Part shown: piece by piece, positions 30,101 through 39,883 of the stretch | Position numbering within the stretch: the first letter of the stretch is position 1 | Layout of the letters: every line of letters begins with the position of its first letter | Assembly (NCBI GenBank): GCA_963665095.1 | Contig: OY762069.1 | Span: 2,944,001 to 3,008,000 of the forward strand | DNA from: an uncultured Desulfobacter sp. | GTDB lineage: Bacteria > Desulfobacterota > Desulfobacteria > Desulfobacterales > Desulfobacteraceae | Direction of reading: 5' to 3' | DNA length: 64,000 bases | The notes under the pieces: model-generated | Told to the model about the DNA's origin: nothing | The model's input: only the letters and a program-made list of their open reading frames with translations | The model's database searches: none | Position numbers and translations under genes: made by a program

Positions 30101-31481
30101 GATTGACCACCGGCATCAGGTCAAAAAAAGCATCTGCTCTACCGACGGAAACAGCATTGATGGCCTCGGTGGTATTCTTTACCTCTATGACTTTCACGTC
30201 CGGATAGTTTCTGAGTACTTCCTGCAGGTAAAACCCTTTGGGAACAGCAAAGCGTTTACCGGCCAGATCCCGGATGGAATTCACATGGGGGAAATCTTTA
30301 CGGGTATAAAGGCGCTGGACCATATGGACATAGGGCTGTGTGAACTCAAGAAACGTTTCCCGTTCAGGGGTTTTGGCAATATTGAGCATCACGTCAATGG
30401 CGCCTGATTTAGCCAGTTCCATGAATTCATCCCAGGAGGGCCCGTTAATAAACTGGACCTGTATCCCCAGTGTCTGGGCCAGTAAATTCATATAGTCGAT
30501 TGAAAAGCCTTTAGGCATTCCGCCTGCATTGAAATTAAACGGTGCCCAGTCAGATTCGTTATGGGCCAGAATCAGGGGGTGGCGGGCCAAAAAGTCTGCC
30601 TCGTCCTCTGTAAGCGCCACCCTGGACCGTGATCCGTCCTGACGGTCCTTTTCAGAAAAGGTTTTCATCAGGTCCGTATAGTCGGCGATACTTGTTCCCT
30701 TCTCCTGCCAGATCAGGTCAAAATCGGAATTTCGCCGCATCTGGCGTTTCACAAAAAGCTTGGCCGCCAGGATCAGGGTTTCGTTGTTTGTGTCGAATCC
30801 CCAGGCAAGCTGTTTGGCAGGCCCGACGGAAAAGGCGATACGCAGGTCTTTGGCACGACCTGCCAGTTCTTTAAATACGGTGGTGGCGTTGCAGAGGGTA
30901 AAATCGACCTGTTTTTTTGATACGGCGTCCCAGGCGTCATAGGTCTTCATAAATTCAATGGTCACGGGCTCCCGGGAGAAGTCGGCCTGATTCTGTTCAT
31001 CCAGCCAGGTGTGGTAAGAGGTATTTTTCATCACGGCGGCCGTATGGCCGCGCAAACTGTTCCGGCTCTGGAATTTATCCAGGTTGTCCTTGTGAACCAG
31101 GACCACGGTCCGGGTTTCGTAAAGAGGCACCAGGGTCATTTTGGTTTTACGCCAGTCATTGACGACCAGGTCATTGGGATAGCAGTCGCATTCCCCGGAG
31201 GCCAGCGGTTTGGGCGTATAGCTCTCTTCGCGTATCGTAACGCCGTCGTCGTTGTGAAACTGATGATCCCAGGAGGGTAAGGTTTGAACCGCGGCACGAA
31301 CATTGAGCCATTTGGCAAACACCCGGCCCATTTCTTCATAATAATCACTGGATGAACCAGCCGTACAGATCCTAAATTCCTGGGTTTTGTTAATTTCCGC
31401 CAGAGATCGGGCCATGGCGGCAGACGGGCTAAACAGGATCAGAACAGCAAGGGCAATCAGGGAAACGCGCAACTTTTCCAT
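27159..31481 (-). CDS. SiaA-like PP2C/SpoIIE phosphatase with four periplasmic solute-binding (Venus flytrap) domains, TM and PAS
   Basis: Signal peptide; repeated (W/R)xPF.F solute-binding units; TM ending WNRRL; SINYAGTIQRSVLP, PRDVVGGDIYW, DCTGHGVPGAFMT, SSDGIFDQIGG, RRDD. Probable ATG 31481. Confidence 0.88.
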   Translation of the reverse strand: MEKLRVSLIALAVLILFSPSAAMARSLAEINKTQEFRICTAGSSSDYYEEMGRVFAKWLNVRAAVQTLPSWDHQFHNDDGVTIREESYTPKPLASGECDCYPNDLVVNDWRKTKMTLVPLYETRTVVLVHKDNLDKFQSRNSLRGHTAAVMKNTSYHTWLDEQNQADFSREPVTIEFMKTYDAWDAVSKKQVDFTLCNATTVFKELAGRAKDLRIAFSVGPAKQLAWGFDTNNETLILAAKLFVKRQMRRNSDFDLIWQEKGTSIADYTDLMKTFSEKDRQDGSRSRVALTEDEADFLARHPLILAHNESDWAPFNFNAGGMPKGFSIDYMNLLAQTLGIQVQFINGPSWDEFMELAKSGAIDVMLNIAKTPERETFLEFTQPYVHMVQRLYTRKDFPHVNSIRDLAGKRFAVPKGFYLQEVLRNYPDVKVIEVKNTTEAINAVSVGRADAFFDLMPVVNHLMDQLQITNIKVGGYLGISEGAPIPLHIGVSRKVAPLSGILEKAMAAVPEEKLLLLRKKWLGETSVIIPGANLSSDEKKWISNKKRPLVVANELDWPPFDFAVDGQPKGLSIDMIRLAAKKTGLDLKFVNGYTWSQLLDKFKAKEIDILPAVYMTSDRKTYMAFTSPYSTNPCVVVARSDRTDIKTLADLSGMTVGVVDDFSTADVMKERYPDITQQVVKNVEQGLKEVSLKHVDAFIGSMGVISHILDTRVIPDIRIMDEVLLNTKEETDLHMAVLKENVVLRDILQKGIDAFTSEELREMRRRWLPFLEGFQGKLYDLLTPKERRWLSEHRTLRLGDDFVRRPFTFLDENNQFTGIAAGYTDALSKRLGVDFVYISGLTWKQTIEGIKTGDLDVLPAVTPTEAHKEILHFTQPYISFPIVIATRKDGAFVDSLTDLLGKKIGVVADDITREIMTRDFPGLSLVNCNSVADGLNVLGRKEIAAFVGNLGSITYEIESNKLDDIKIAAPTKYRFELCIGVRKDWPQLAAILDKALGTIDDKERSAIKNAWMAIEVNYGIDLRTIILWVAPFAASAFLVIGFVMVWNRRLGKEIMERKKAEKEVRKSHKLMEDIINSLPFWLSVKDPEGRFRLINKLQKESTTQDAAPAAGSQSDMTDLDYQVLNQGKTVEIPEYVTQTPDGDRFRRMLKVPWKDVDGQVNGVIAWSEDITERKKLREQRDDAFQVIKSSINYAGTIQRSVLPTRQTMQEILGNYFVLWEPRDVVGGDIYWCRRWGQGGLLLLGDCTGHGVPGAFMTLIATGALDRALMIVEPGDTAGLISTMHKIVQQILVQDLSACDDDHCSDDGLEMGVLFIPDKKDKLIFAGAGFPLFCVDGSSVSKIKGDRKGIGYRYITQDTTWTNTVLQVRPGLRFYMSSDGIFDQIGGPKQRGFGKKHFMKLIESVQDMPVSQQGDAIYNTFKDYQGAAKRRDDVSAVGFEI

Positions 31482-31652
31482 TTTATTCTCCACTCGGACT
31501 CATAGTATAGTTACGGACTATACTTTAGTTATTTTCCGACCGCAAGCACGGATATGGGTTAAAAAATCGGGTATGGAACAGCGCGTTAACCTTTTTGGAT
31601 AAAAAATTTTATTTGCCGGCAACATCAAAGTTTTTAAAAAAATACGAACCTT

Positions 31653-33725
31653 TTACACTTTTTTCGCCTGGCCGGACAGGTATTGGGAGATATCCACCTT
31701 GTCCAATTGTTCGGGTTTCAGGTTCCACTTGGCGTATTCTGCGTATACCCCGCTTGTGAGAAACAGATCAAAGAGTTCGGCATCAATATGCTGGTCATTT
31801 CGCATGAAACTTAAAATTTTCAAGGCCTGACTTAAAGTTTTCGCTTGTTTATACGGCCTGTCTGCAGCGGTCAATGCCTCAAATATATCTGCAATGGCCA
31901 GAATTTTGGCCTTTGTGGACATCTCATCGGCCGCTTTTTTCCTGGGGTAACCGGTGCCGATCATGGTTTCATGATGGCAGCCTGCAATACTCACCACCTG
32001 GGACAACTCCTTGGGAAAGGGCAGATTCTCAAGCATGACAATGGTCTGGATCACATGCTCCTGGATCTTGAACCGCTCTTCATTGGTGAGTGTGCCCCTG
32101 GCAATTTTAAGGTTATACAACTCACCCTGGTCAAACATCAGTTCAGGAACATCAATTTTAATGCCATGGGCTTCGGCATCATAAGGCAAGCGGCCTCCGG
32201 GCCTTGTGATCTGGTGAATCGGTTTGTCCGCCAGCAGGTGTTCGGCCGCCGGCAATTGCCGGGCAGGTGTACCATTCATCCGTCTCAATTCCTCCGGCGA
32301 GAGGCCCAGACGGTCGTCAAAATGACGTTCCCATGTCTGCTTTGCAATATCTTCAAGGCGCTCCACTTTTTCCGGAGCCATATACTCCCCACCCACATTG
32401 CACTCGGCAATAAAGGCAAAATCGTCCTTGAGGGTCTCAAGGTGCTGATCCAGCTCAGCCTTCAGGGCGTCATCCTCTCCATTGCCTTCCAGCATGGCTT
32501 TTTGGCATTCAATGATTTTATCCCGATAAAGGACTTCAAACCGGGTTCTGACTTCATGGATGCGATTGTTGATGGTTTCAAGTTTGGTGGCTTTGTCCAC
32601 CACATATTCCGGAGTGGTGATTTTTCCGCAGTCATGCATCCAGGCTGCAACTCTGAATTCCCGCCACTCGGCGTCGGTCATGTCAAATTCCGCCAAAGGA
32701 CCGCTCTCTGTTTCACAGGCCTTTCGTGCCAGCATCTGACAGATCTCCACCACCCGGCCGCTGTGGTCGCCGGTATATGGCGATTTGGCGTCGATGGCAC
32801 CGGCGATAAGCTGGATCAAAGAATCCAGAAGCTGGCGCTGGCTTTCCACCAGTTGCTGGTTAATCAGGGCTACAGCCGCCTGGGCGGCCAGACCTTCCAC
32901 AAACCCGGCCATGTCTTTGCTAAAGGATATAACCCGGCCAGACCCCTTGATCCGGGCGTTAAACAGAAGAAGCAATCCAACCACTTCGCCGTGGCTTGGC
33001 TTGAGCGGCACCACTAGATAAGAGGATGAGCGGTAACCATGCTCCTTGTCAAAGTCAAATACCGGTTGAAAGTCAAAATCCCTGGAATCCTGAATGCTGA
33101 CCACATTTACCGCACGCTCTGTGAGAACGCAATGGGACAGGATATTGAAATACTCGGGTGTCTGGGTCTCTAGATTACGCAACGGCACCGGGGCAAAGGG
33201 TACAGGCCGGCCGGACTTGCCTCCGAAATGCAGATCCAGGGAATCTACACCAAAAATTTCATACCTTAAGGTTTCGTCCTGGGTTCTAAGCAGTAAGGCG
33301 CCGCCGTCGGCATTGGTCAAATCCTTGGCTCCGGACAAAATCATCTCTTTAAACCGGCCAAGGTTACGCTCCCGGGAAAGGGCGATGCCCATTTCAATCA
33401 GTTTTTCCAGTTTTTCCTGGGCAGCCACAAGCTCTGCGGTGCGGCTTTCCACCCGTTGTTCCAGATCTTCTGCGTGCCGGGCTAACGTTTTGTGGGTGCT
33501 TGCAAGTTCTTCCTGCTGTTTGGTGACTTTTAAATTCAGGGATTTCAGGCTGTTTTCGTTGGCATCGCTCACCCTGACCATGCGCTTGAACACTTTGAGC
33601 ATTTTTTTATAGTGGGTCAGCAGTTGTTTAAATTCGGCTTTATGGTCACCGTCCGAATTTTGGTCCAGCAGCTCCTGTCCCCAGTTGAGTATCTCCTGCT
33701 CTTTGGAAAAGGTATCCAGTGACAT
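31653..33725 (-). CDS. HD-GYP c-di-GMP phosphodiesterase with N-terminal coiled coil and GAF domain
   Basis: AIDAKSPYTGDHS, MHDCGK, HHETMIGTGYP, ADIFEALTAADRPYK; GAF (YRSSSYLVVPL...VVGLLLLFN). Confidence 0.92.
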   Translation of the reverse strand: MSLDTFSKEQEILNWGQELLDQNSDGDHKAEFKQLLTHYKKMLKVFKRMVRVSDANENSLKSLNLKVTKQQEELASTHKTLARHAEDLEQRVESRTAELVAAQEKLEKLIEMGIALSRERNLGRFKEMILSGAKDLTNADGGALLLRTQDETLRYEIFGVDSLDLHFGGKSGRPVPFAPVPLRNLETQTPEYFNILSHCVLTERAVNVVSIQDSRDFDFQPVFDFDKEHGYRSSSYLVVPLKPSHGEVVGLLLLFNARIKGSGRVISFSKDMAGFVEGLAAQAAVALINQQLVESQRQLLDSLIQLIAGAIDAKSPYTGDHSGRVVEICQMLARKACETESGPLAEFDMTDAEWREFRVAAWMHDCGKITTPEYVVDKATKLETINNRIHEVRTRFEVLYRDKIIECQKAMLEGNGEDDALKAELDQHLETLKDDFAFIAECNVGGEYMAPEKVERLEDIAKQTWERHFDDRLGLSPEELRRMNGTPARQLPAAEHLLADKPIHQITRPGGRLPYDAEAHGIKIDVPELMFDQGELYNLKIARGTLTNEERFKIQEHVIQTIVMLENLPFPKELSQVVSIAGCHHETMIGTGYPRKKAADEMSTKAKILAIADIFEALTAADRPYKQAKTLSQALKILSFMRNDQHIDAELFDLFLTSGVYAEYAKWNLKPEQLDKVDISQYLSGQAKKV

Positions 33726-33728
33726 GGT

Positions 33729-34109
33729 TTATTCCTTTACAACCATTTTAAAAGTTGCCGCTTCAAGGTCCTCACCAAAGTCCTCTCCCAGCTCTTCCAT
33801 ATTGTCGTCTTCTGAATCGTAAATCCAGTTTACGGTAACATTATTGTCCGCGGCAGCCTCGTCCAGCATATCAAACAGATCCATGAGGACCTTGGCTGAA
33901 CTTGAATTAAAGTAAATCAGTTCAAAGTTGAAAACAATATCTGTCCCCTTCTGGTTCTCCAGCCAGTTCTTCAAGGTTTTAATCACCGAACCGTAAAATG
34001 CTGTGATATCTTCGGGATAGGATTCTTTCCTAATGGAAAAGACTGCTTTTTCAAAGTTAAAATCAATTTCAGGCGTCCGGTCTGTTGCCGCTATTTTTAT
34101 GTTTTCCAT
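33729..34109 (-). CDS. siaC: SiaC-family (DUF1987) partner-switch protein
   Basis: TPEIDF, ESYPED, YFNSSSAK, VNWIY..DD..E.GEDF. Confidence 0.88.
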   Translation of the reverse strand: MENIKIAATDRTPEIDFNFEKAVFSIRKESYPEDITAFYGSVIKTLKNWLENQKGTDIVFNFELIYFNSSSAKVLMDLFDMLDEAAADNNVTVNWIYDSEDDNMEELGEDFGEDLEAATFKMVVKE

Positions 34110-34123
34110 GTGTAATCGCCTCC

Positions 34124-34669
34124 CTATATAAATGCCTTCAGCGTGAAAAATGTGTTTGTTTCGTCCAGTTCATTAAAATCGAAAGCAATCCCGCCTTTGG
34201 CCTTGCGGGCAATATCGATGAAGCCGACACCCGCCCCTTTGCTGCCTTCGGGCGGTCCTGATCGCAACCCGTCTTTCCATGCTTTTTTAAGTTCTTGCCG
34301 GTCCATCTGCTGGACAGTTTTTAATGCCTTTTCCAACCGAGGCACATCCTTGGCGTTTATCTTGTTCCCGCAACTGACAAAGAACCCCTTTTCTCCCCGA
34401 CCCACTGTCAGGATACCGGAACGTACGTCCCGGTCATCTTCCCGGCTTTCAGTCTCCGAAGAGTAGCGGATCATGTTCTGTACCTGCTCCACAAACACCC
34501 CGAAAATAACCCGGGTTGTCTGGGAGTCTGTTTCGTCCAGAATCAGCTCTTTTTTTATGGCCTCTCCGAGTCCCATCAGCGTCCCTTCGGTTATGTAACC
34601 GCTGTAGCAGAAAATGATGCCTTCATTTGAGAATTTTTCTTTTAACTCATAGAGATTTGATCCTAACAT
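34124..34669 (-). CDS. siaB: SiaB-family (DUF6272) protein kinase
   Basis: IFCYSG, VFVEQVQNMIRYS, VSCGN, SKGAGVGFIDIARK. Confidence 0.88.
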   Translation of the reverse strand: MLGSNLYELKEKFSNEGIIFCYSGYITEGTLMGLGEAIKKELILDETDSQTTRVIFGVFVEQVQNMIRYSSETESREDDRDVRSGILTVGRGEKGFFVSCGNKINAKDVPRLEKALKTVQQMDRQELKKAWKDGLRSGPPEGSKGAGVGFIDIARKAKGGIAFDFNELDETNTFFTLKAFI

Positions 34670-34990
34670 TTTCCCTCCGTTTGGGATAATCGATCCTTAA
34701 TATTTATCAGGAAACAATACAATAGCTCCCCTGTCTTTTGCTGGAAGACGAATGGAAAAGCTCCCCTTACTCATACCCTTTACACAATTATTGCAAGATA
34801 TATTATGCCAATACATGTATTGAAGTCATCTTTTTTTTTATATTCTTTAGGTCAGCAAGTTTGCTTGACAATTTAAACAATTTCTTATTTGATGCAGGCA
34901 TTAGTATAAAGCCCGTTACCTGACCCGATACTTTTTTATCCTGTTTTTTTTCCTGTTTTTTATACAGGACCACTTGCATTAGAGGACCGT

Positions 34991-37900
34991 ATGTTCCGGA
35001 ATCCAATCAGCAGATTTGTTTTATCTTGTATATTCCTGTGCCTGCTTTTCTTCTGGCCTGATCCTGTTGCCATGGCATCCAGCCCCCAAACCCCATCCCA
35101 AATATCCGTGGTCTACTGCAAAAATATTATCCCTTTCCATTACACAGGTACAAACGGGACCCCGGAAGGAATTTTAATAGACTTCTGGAATCTGTGGAGC
35201 CGGAAAACCGGGATAACCATCCAAATTCACGCCGGCGACATGGGATGACACCCTCACAATGATGCGGGAGGGAAAGGCCGATGCCCATGCAGGACTTTTC
35301 TTCAATGAAAACAGGGCCCGGTTCCTGGACTACGGGGTGGTACTACACCAAACCGATACGCATATCTTTTATGATAAAAGGCTGCCGCCGCCGAGCAGCA
35401 ACCTGGATTTCCTGCCCTATCGCGTCGGAATGATCCGTGGCGATTCCGTGGAAGGCTATCTGCTCAAAACCTTTCCACACATGAGTGTTGAAGGCTTTAA
35501 CACCTATAAACAAATGATGGCGGCCCTGAAACAAAACCGGTTATCTGTTTTTGCCGCAGACACCCCCACAGCCCTTTTTCACCTCCAGCAGTCAGATCTG
35601 AAAACAGTTTTTAAATATAAATCCGGCATGCCCCTTTATCGAAGCAACTGACATGTGGCCGTAAAAAAAGGGAACCAGGCGCTGCTGGCCCTCATAAACA
35701 ATGGATTTCAAAGTATTACCGAAGATGAAAAGCGCCATATTTTACGACAATGGGCCTCGGGGACCAAAAAAGGGACAATGGCGCATTGATCATAGCAGCC
35801 TCTACAGGCTATGCACCCTTCTCCTTTATCGGGATCGACGGAAATCCCGCAGGACTTCTGGTGGACATCTGGCGGTTGTGGAGCAGGCAGACCAACACAC
35901 CTGTTATCTTTAAAATGGATAGCTGGGCACAGACCCTTGAGGCGGTGAACTCCGGTGAGGCAGATATCCACTCAGGTCTTTTTAAAAATCAGGAGCGTGA
36001 AAAATGGCTCACATTCGGCATGCCGATTTTTGAATCAGACACTGCTTTATATTTTTTATCCAGCAGGTCATCCCCGGCCACACTAAAAAACCTCAAAGGA
36101 GAAATGGTGGGCGCCATGACCGGCTCCTATCAGGAAAAATTTCTTAAACAAAATTCCATTGACATTCAAGTGGTTGGCAGGAAAGACAATGAATCGCTGA
36201 TCCTGTCTTTAATTAAAGGGGAAATTTCAGCCTTTGTCCATGAGGCGCCTGTGGTGAGTGCAGATCTTTCCCGGCTGCACCTTTCCGGTCTGATTTCAGG
36301 CGGCCAAACTTTATTTTCTGATATGATATGTCCAGGCGTTGCCAAGGGAAGAGACGCCTTGAAACAAAAAATTGACAACGGTTTTTAAAAATCCCCATTG
36401 AAGATCTTGCCGCCATTGAAAAACGCTGGCTGGGGAATGTCCCCAAACGCTTTTACCGGGAGGCTGCGGATGAAATCGGCCTGACGTCGGAACAAAAAAA
36501 ATGGATTCGGAACAACCCTGTAATCAAGGTGGCGGCCACACCGAACTGGCCCCCTTTTGAATTCAACGACAAAGGCAAATATTCCGGACTGCATGCAGAC
36601 ATGATCCGCCTGACCGCCCAAAAGACAGTCGTAACGGTAAAAGGATGCCCTGTTTCCCTGACGATTAAAAAGCAATATCCGGACATGCGCATTATTGAAG
36701 TTGACTCTACACTCAATGCCCTGAAGAAACTGTCCCAGGGCCAGGCTGACGCGTACATCGGTACCCGGGAAGCAGCCGTCTGGGCCAAGGGAAAAAACTA
36801 TATTGACAATATTCAGGAGTCAGGCCGGTTCAGCGACCCCCCCTGCGCGTGCGTCTGGCCACCCGCAAAGACCTTCCCATCCTCCACGCCATCCTGCAAA
36901 AGGCATTGGACAGCATCACCCAGAAAGAACGCACGGATATCATCCGCGCATATATCAGTGCCTCTGACCTGGAAAAAAGTGTGGCCCCCGTGGCGCTGTC
37001 TTCTGATCAAAGGGCGTGGCTCAGGAATCATTCCAGACTCAACCTGGCAGTGGCGGGGGATTGCCCCCCGTTTGAGCTCATGGATTCCGAAAACGGGTAT
37101 GGCGGCATTGTCTCAGAGTATGTCAACTTTTTGGGCCGCCAGCTGGACGTGGAGATGGTTCCGGCCCTGAACCCCGACTGGCCCCAGGCGGTGAAAAAAC
37201 TGGCGGCCAAAGAGATAGACATATTGCCCAAAGTGGTAAAATCCAAGCAGAAAGAGACCCATCTGCTTTTTACCAAACCTTATTTATCCTTTCCTGTTGC
37301 TGTTTTCGGGCATAAAAACAGCCGGTTTATCAGCGGACTCAATGATCTGAAAGGCTTAAAAATAGCAGTTACCGCCCGGGGCTTTGTCCGGGATTTTATG
37401 TCGGCCAACCACCCGGAACTGCCACTGACCCTTTTTTCAGATACAAAGGAAGCACTGATGGCACTCTCCAAGGGAGCTGTTGATGTCTTTATTAATGATA
37501 CCGCCGCCACAAGTTATACCATCAATGCCCTGAATATCCCCAATCTCAATGTTGCGGCCATGACACCCATCAACATGGAGATCTGCATGGGTGTAAGAAA
37601 GGATCTGCCACAGCTTATCCCCATTCTGGAAAAAGCCATGGAGACAATCCCTGCTCATCTTGCCGAAGAATTCAAGGACAAGTGGCTCTCCACACAGTTC
37701 ACCGTGGGGCTGTCCCTTGCAACGGTTCTTAAGTGGGGCATCCCCATTGCCGGTGGACTGGGCCTTATTATCCTGGTCATATTCATCTGGAACAGGAAAC
37801 TGGACAAGGAGATTACTGCCCGCAAGAGGACTGAAAAACGACTGAGTTTCACCCAGTATACCATGGACCACGCATTTCATTCAGTCTTTTGGATTAACCC

Positions 37901-38975
37901 TGACACAGGTCAATTTATCTATGTTAACAAAGCCGCCTGTAAAATATTGGGATATGACCAGGAGCAGCTTCTTGAGATGGTAGTTCCCCAGATTGACATG
38001 GATTTCCCTGCCGAAAAACTGGAAGGGTTCATCCAGATGTTAAGGGAACAGGATTTTATCTCCACCCATGGCCGCCATCAGACCATTGAAGGTGCTGTTC
38101 TTGATGTGGAATTGACCTGTTATCTGACGGAATATCTGGAAAGGGAGGTCATTGTTGTATTCTCCATGGATATTACCCAGCGGCTCAGGGCCCAAAGGGA
38201 GAGGGATGAAGCCTACCAGGTCATAAAATCATCCATTGAGTACGCAAGCAGGATTCAAAGATCGGTCCTGCCCCCGTCCGAGCGTCTGGACCAGCTGATC
38301 AGGGATCATTTTGTGCTTTGGCAGCCCTGGGACGTTGTTGGCGGAGATATTTACTGGTGCAGACAATGGGGGGAAGGGACATTGATGATCCTGGCCGACT
38401 GCACCGGTCATGGGGTGCCCGGGGCGTTTATGACGCTGATCTCTTCCGGAGCCCTGGACCGAAGCCTTCAGGAGGTGCCGGCCGGCGATCCGGCAGCCCT
38501 GGTTCAGCGGATGCATCAGCTGATCCAGATTGTCCTGGGGCAGGACTCGGAAACCGGACACTCAGATGACGGCCTGGAACTTGGCCTTTGCTATATTCAC
38601 CCTCTTCAAAACAGAATCACTTTTGCCGGTGCTGGCTTTCCCCTTTTCAAACTCAAGGGAGATGAGGTGGATTTGATCAAAGGGGAGAAGATCGGTATCG
38701 GATACCGGCACATTGATTTTAATTCCACCTGGACCAACCATAATATAGAGGTGACCAAGGGGGATCGGTTTTATATGTCTTCTGATGGTATTTTTGACCA
38801 GATCGGCGGTCCCAAACGCATGGGGTTCGGAAAAAAACGGTTTAAAAAACTGCTGCTGTCGGTTCAAAATATCCCTCTGACACGACAAGGGGAACAAATC
38901 TACAAAGAAGTCACGGCATATCAGGGAAAAGAAAAACGCAGGGACGACATAGCTGCCATTGGATTTCAGCTGTAG
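34991..38975 (+). pseudogene. Second SiaA-like multi-flytrap PP2C phosphatase, disrupted
   Basis: Fragments join into signal peptide + four solute-binding domains + TM + PAS + PP2C. Frameshifts near 35223, 35770, 36385 and 36840, in-frame TGA at 35649, apparent internal deletion near 36627; 36849-38975 remains open. Confidence 0.8.
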
Positions 38976-38976
38976 C

Positions 38977-39076
38977 GGTTTTATCGATATTGCCCGAAAA
39001 GCCAGAGGGGGAATTGAGTTTGATTTCAAAAAAGTGGATGAAAAAAGTATTTTTTTCCTTAAAAGCCTATATATAG
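38977..39076 (+). pseudogene. 3' remnant of a second siaB
   Basis: GFIDIARKARGGIEFDFKKVDEKSIF then (frameshift) LKAYI*, matching the SiaB C-terminus GFIDIARKAKGGIAFDFNELDETNTFFTLKAFI*. Confidence 0.85.
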
Positions 39077-39184
39077 GCCATCCCTGATAAAATAACCGGA
39101 CCGTCTGTCATGCACGCAACACAAAATGGTCTGGAGAGATGGCCGCAGGTTCCTGCAAAAATTTTCAATTGAGGAAGAGAGCAA

Positions 39185-39565
39185 ATGGATAATATAAAAA
39201 TTGAAGCAACTGAAAGAACCCCTGAAATCGATTTTAACTTTGAAAAAGCAACGTTTACTATAAAAAAAGAGTCCTATCCCGAGGATATTACAGATTTTTT
39301 CGGCCCGGTGATCCAAGCGCTGAAAGCCTGGCTTGAAAGTCAAGATGGAACAAATATTGTCTTCAATTTTGAACTGATCTACTTCAATTCAAGCTCCGCC
39401 AAGGTACTCATGGATCTGTTTGACATGCTGGACGAAGCGGCAACAGCCAATAAAGTCACAGTGAACTGGATTTATGAGGCAGAAGACGACAATATGGAAG
39501 AACTTGGAGAGGATTTTGGAGAGGATCTGGAACGGGCAACCTTTAATATGGTTATAAAGGAATAA
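39185..39565 (+). CDS. siaC: SiaC-family protein, second copy
   Basis: Same length (126 aa) as 33729-34109 with 23 differences by my count; intact, with RBS. Confidence 0.9.
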   Translation: MDNIKIEATERTPEIDFNFEKATFTIKKESYPEDITDFFGPVIQALKAWLESQDGTNIVFNFELIYFNSSSAKVLMDLFDMLDEAATANKVTVNWIYEAEDDNMEELGEDFGEDLERATFNMVIKE

Positions 39566-39883
39566 AAACAGCCTGTGAATTCATACCTTGAAGGGAGTTT
39601 TGATACTGATTCAGGGTTTCCCTGATCAGCCTTTGTCAGCGTACCTGGGTCATGTTAAAAATCTGACCTTAACACCGCAATAATGATGGGATTTGTGGTA
39701 CCTGCTGATATGGATATTTTCTTCAACAACCCCCTTTGCCAGACCATTGAAATCGTGACAGACCTGAAGATACCGAACCGGTTCGGCAATATTTCAGGCG
39801 GGGACAGCACGGAAAAAAAAAACCGGACCCCGCACAATCTGCCCTTGCGTCCCCCCCGGTAACCAGACACGGAACATCAATTC

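Noticed and set aside
31845..33017. Long antisense ORFs (390 aa here; also 27576-28496, 5286-5972 and others)
   Set aside because: They shadow well-supported genes on the opposite strand and show no motifs.
34790..34812. Sigma54 promoter for siaB (TTGGCATAATATATCTTGCA)
   Set aside because: GG-to-GC spacing is 13 nt, not the required 10.
35649..35651. Selenocysteine at the in-frame TGA of siaA2
   Set aside because: Probable Trp position in a solute-binding domain, no redox context, and surrounded by frameshifts.
39570..39880. Small gene or gene remnant after siaC2
   Set aside because: No convincing RBS and ORF, and no recognisable similarity to the HD-GYP gene or any family.
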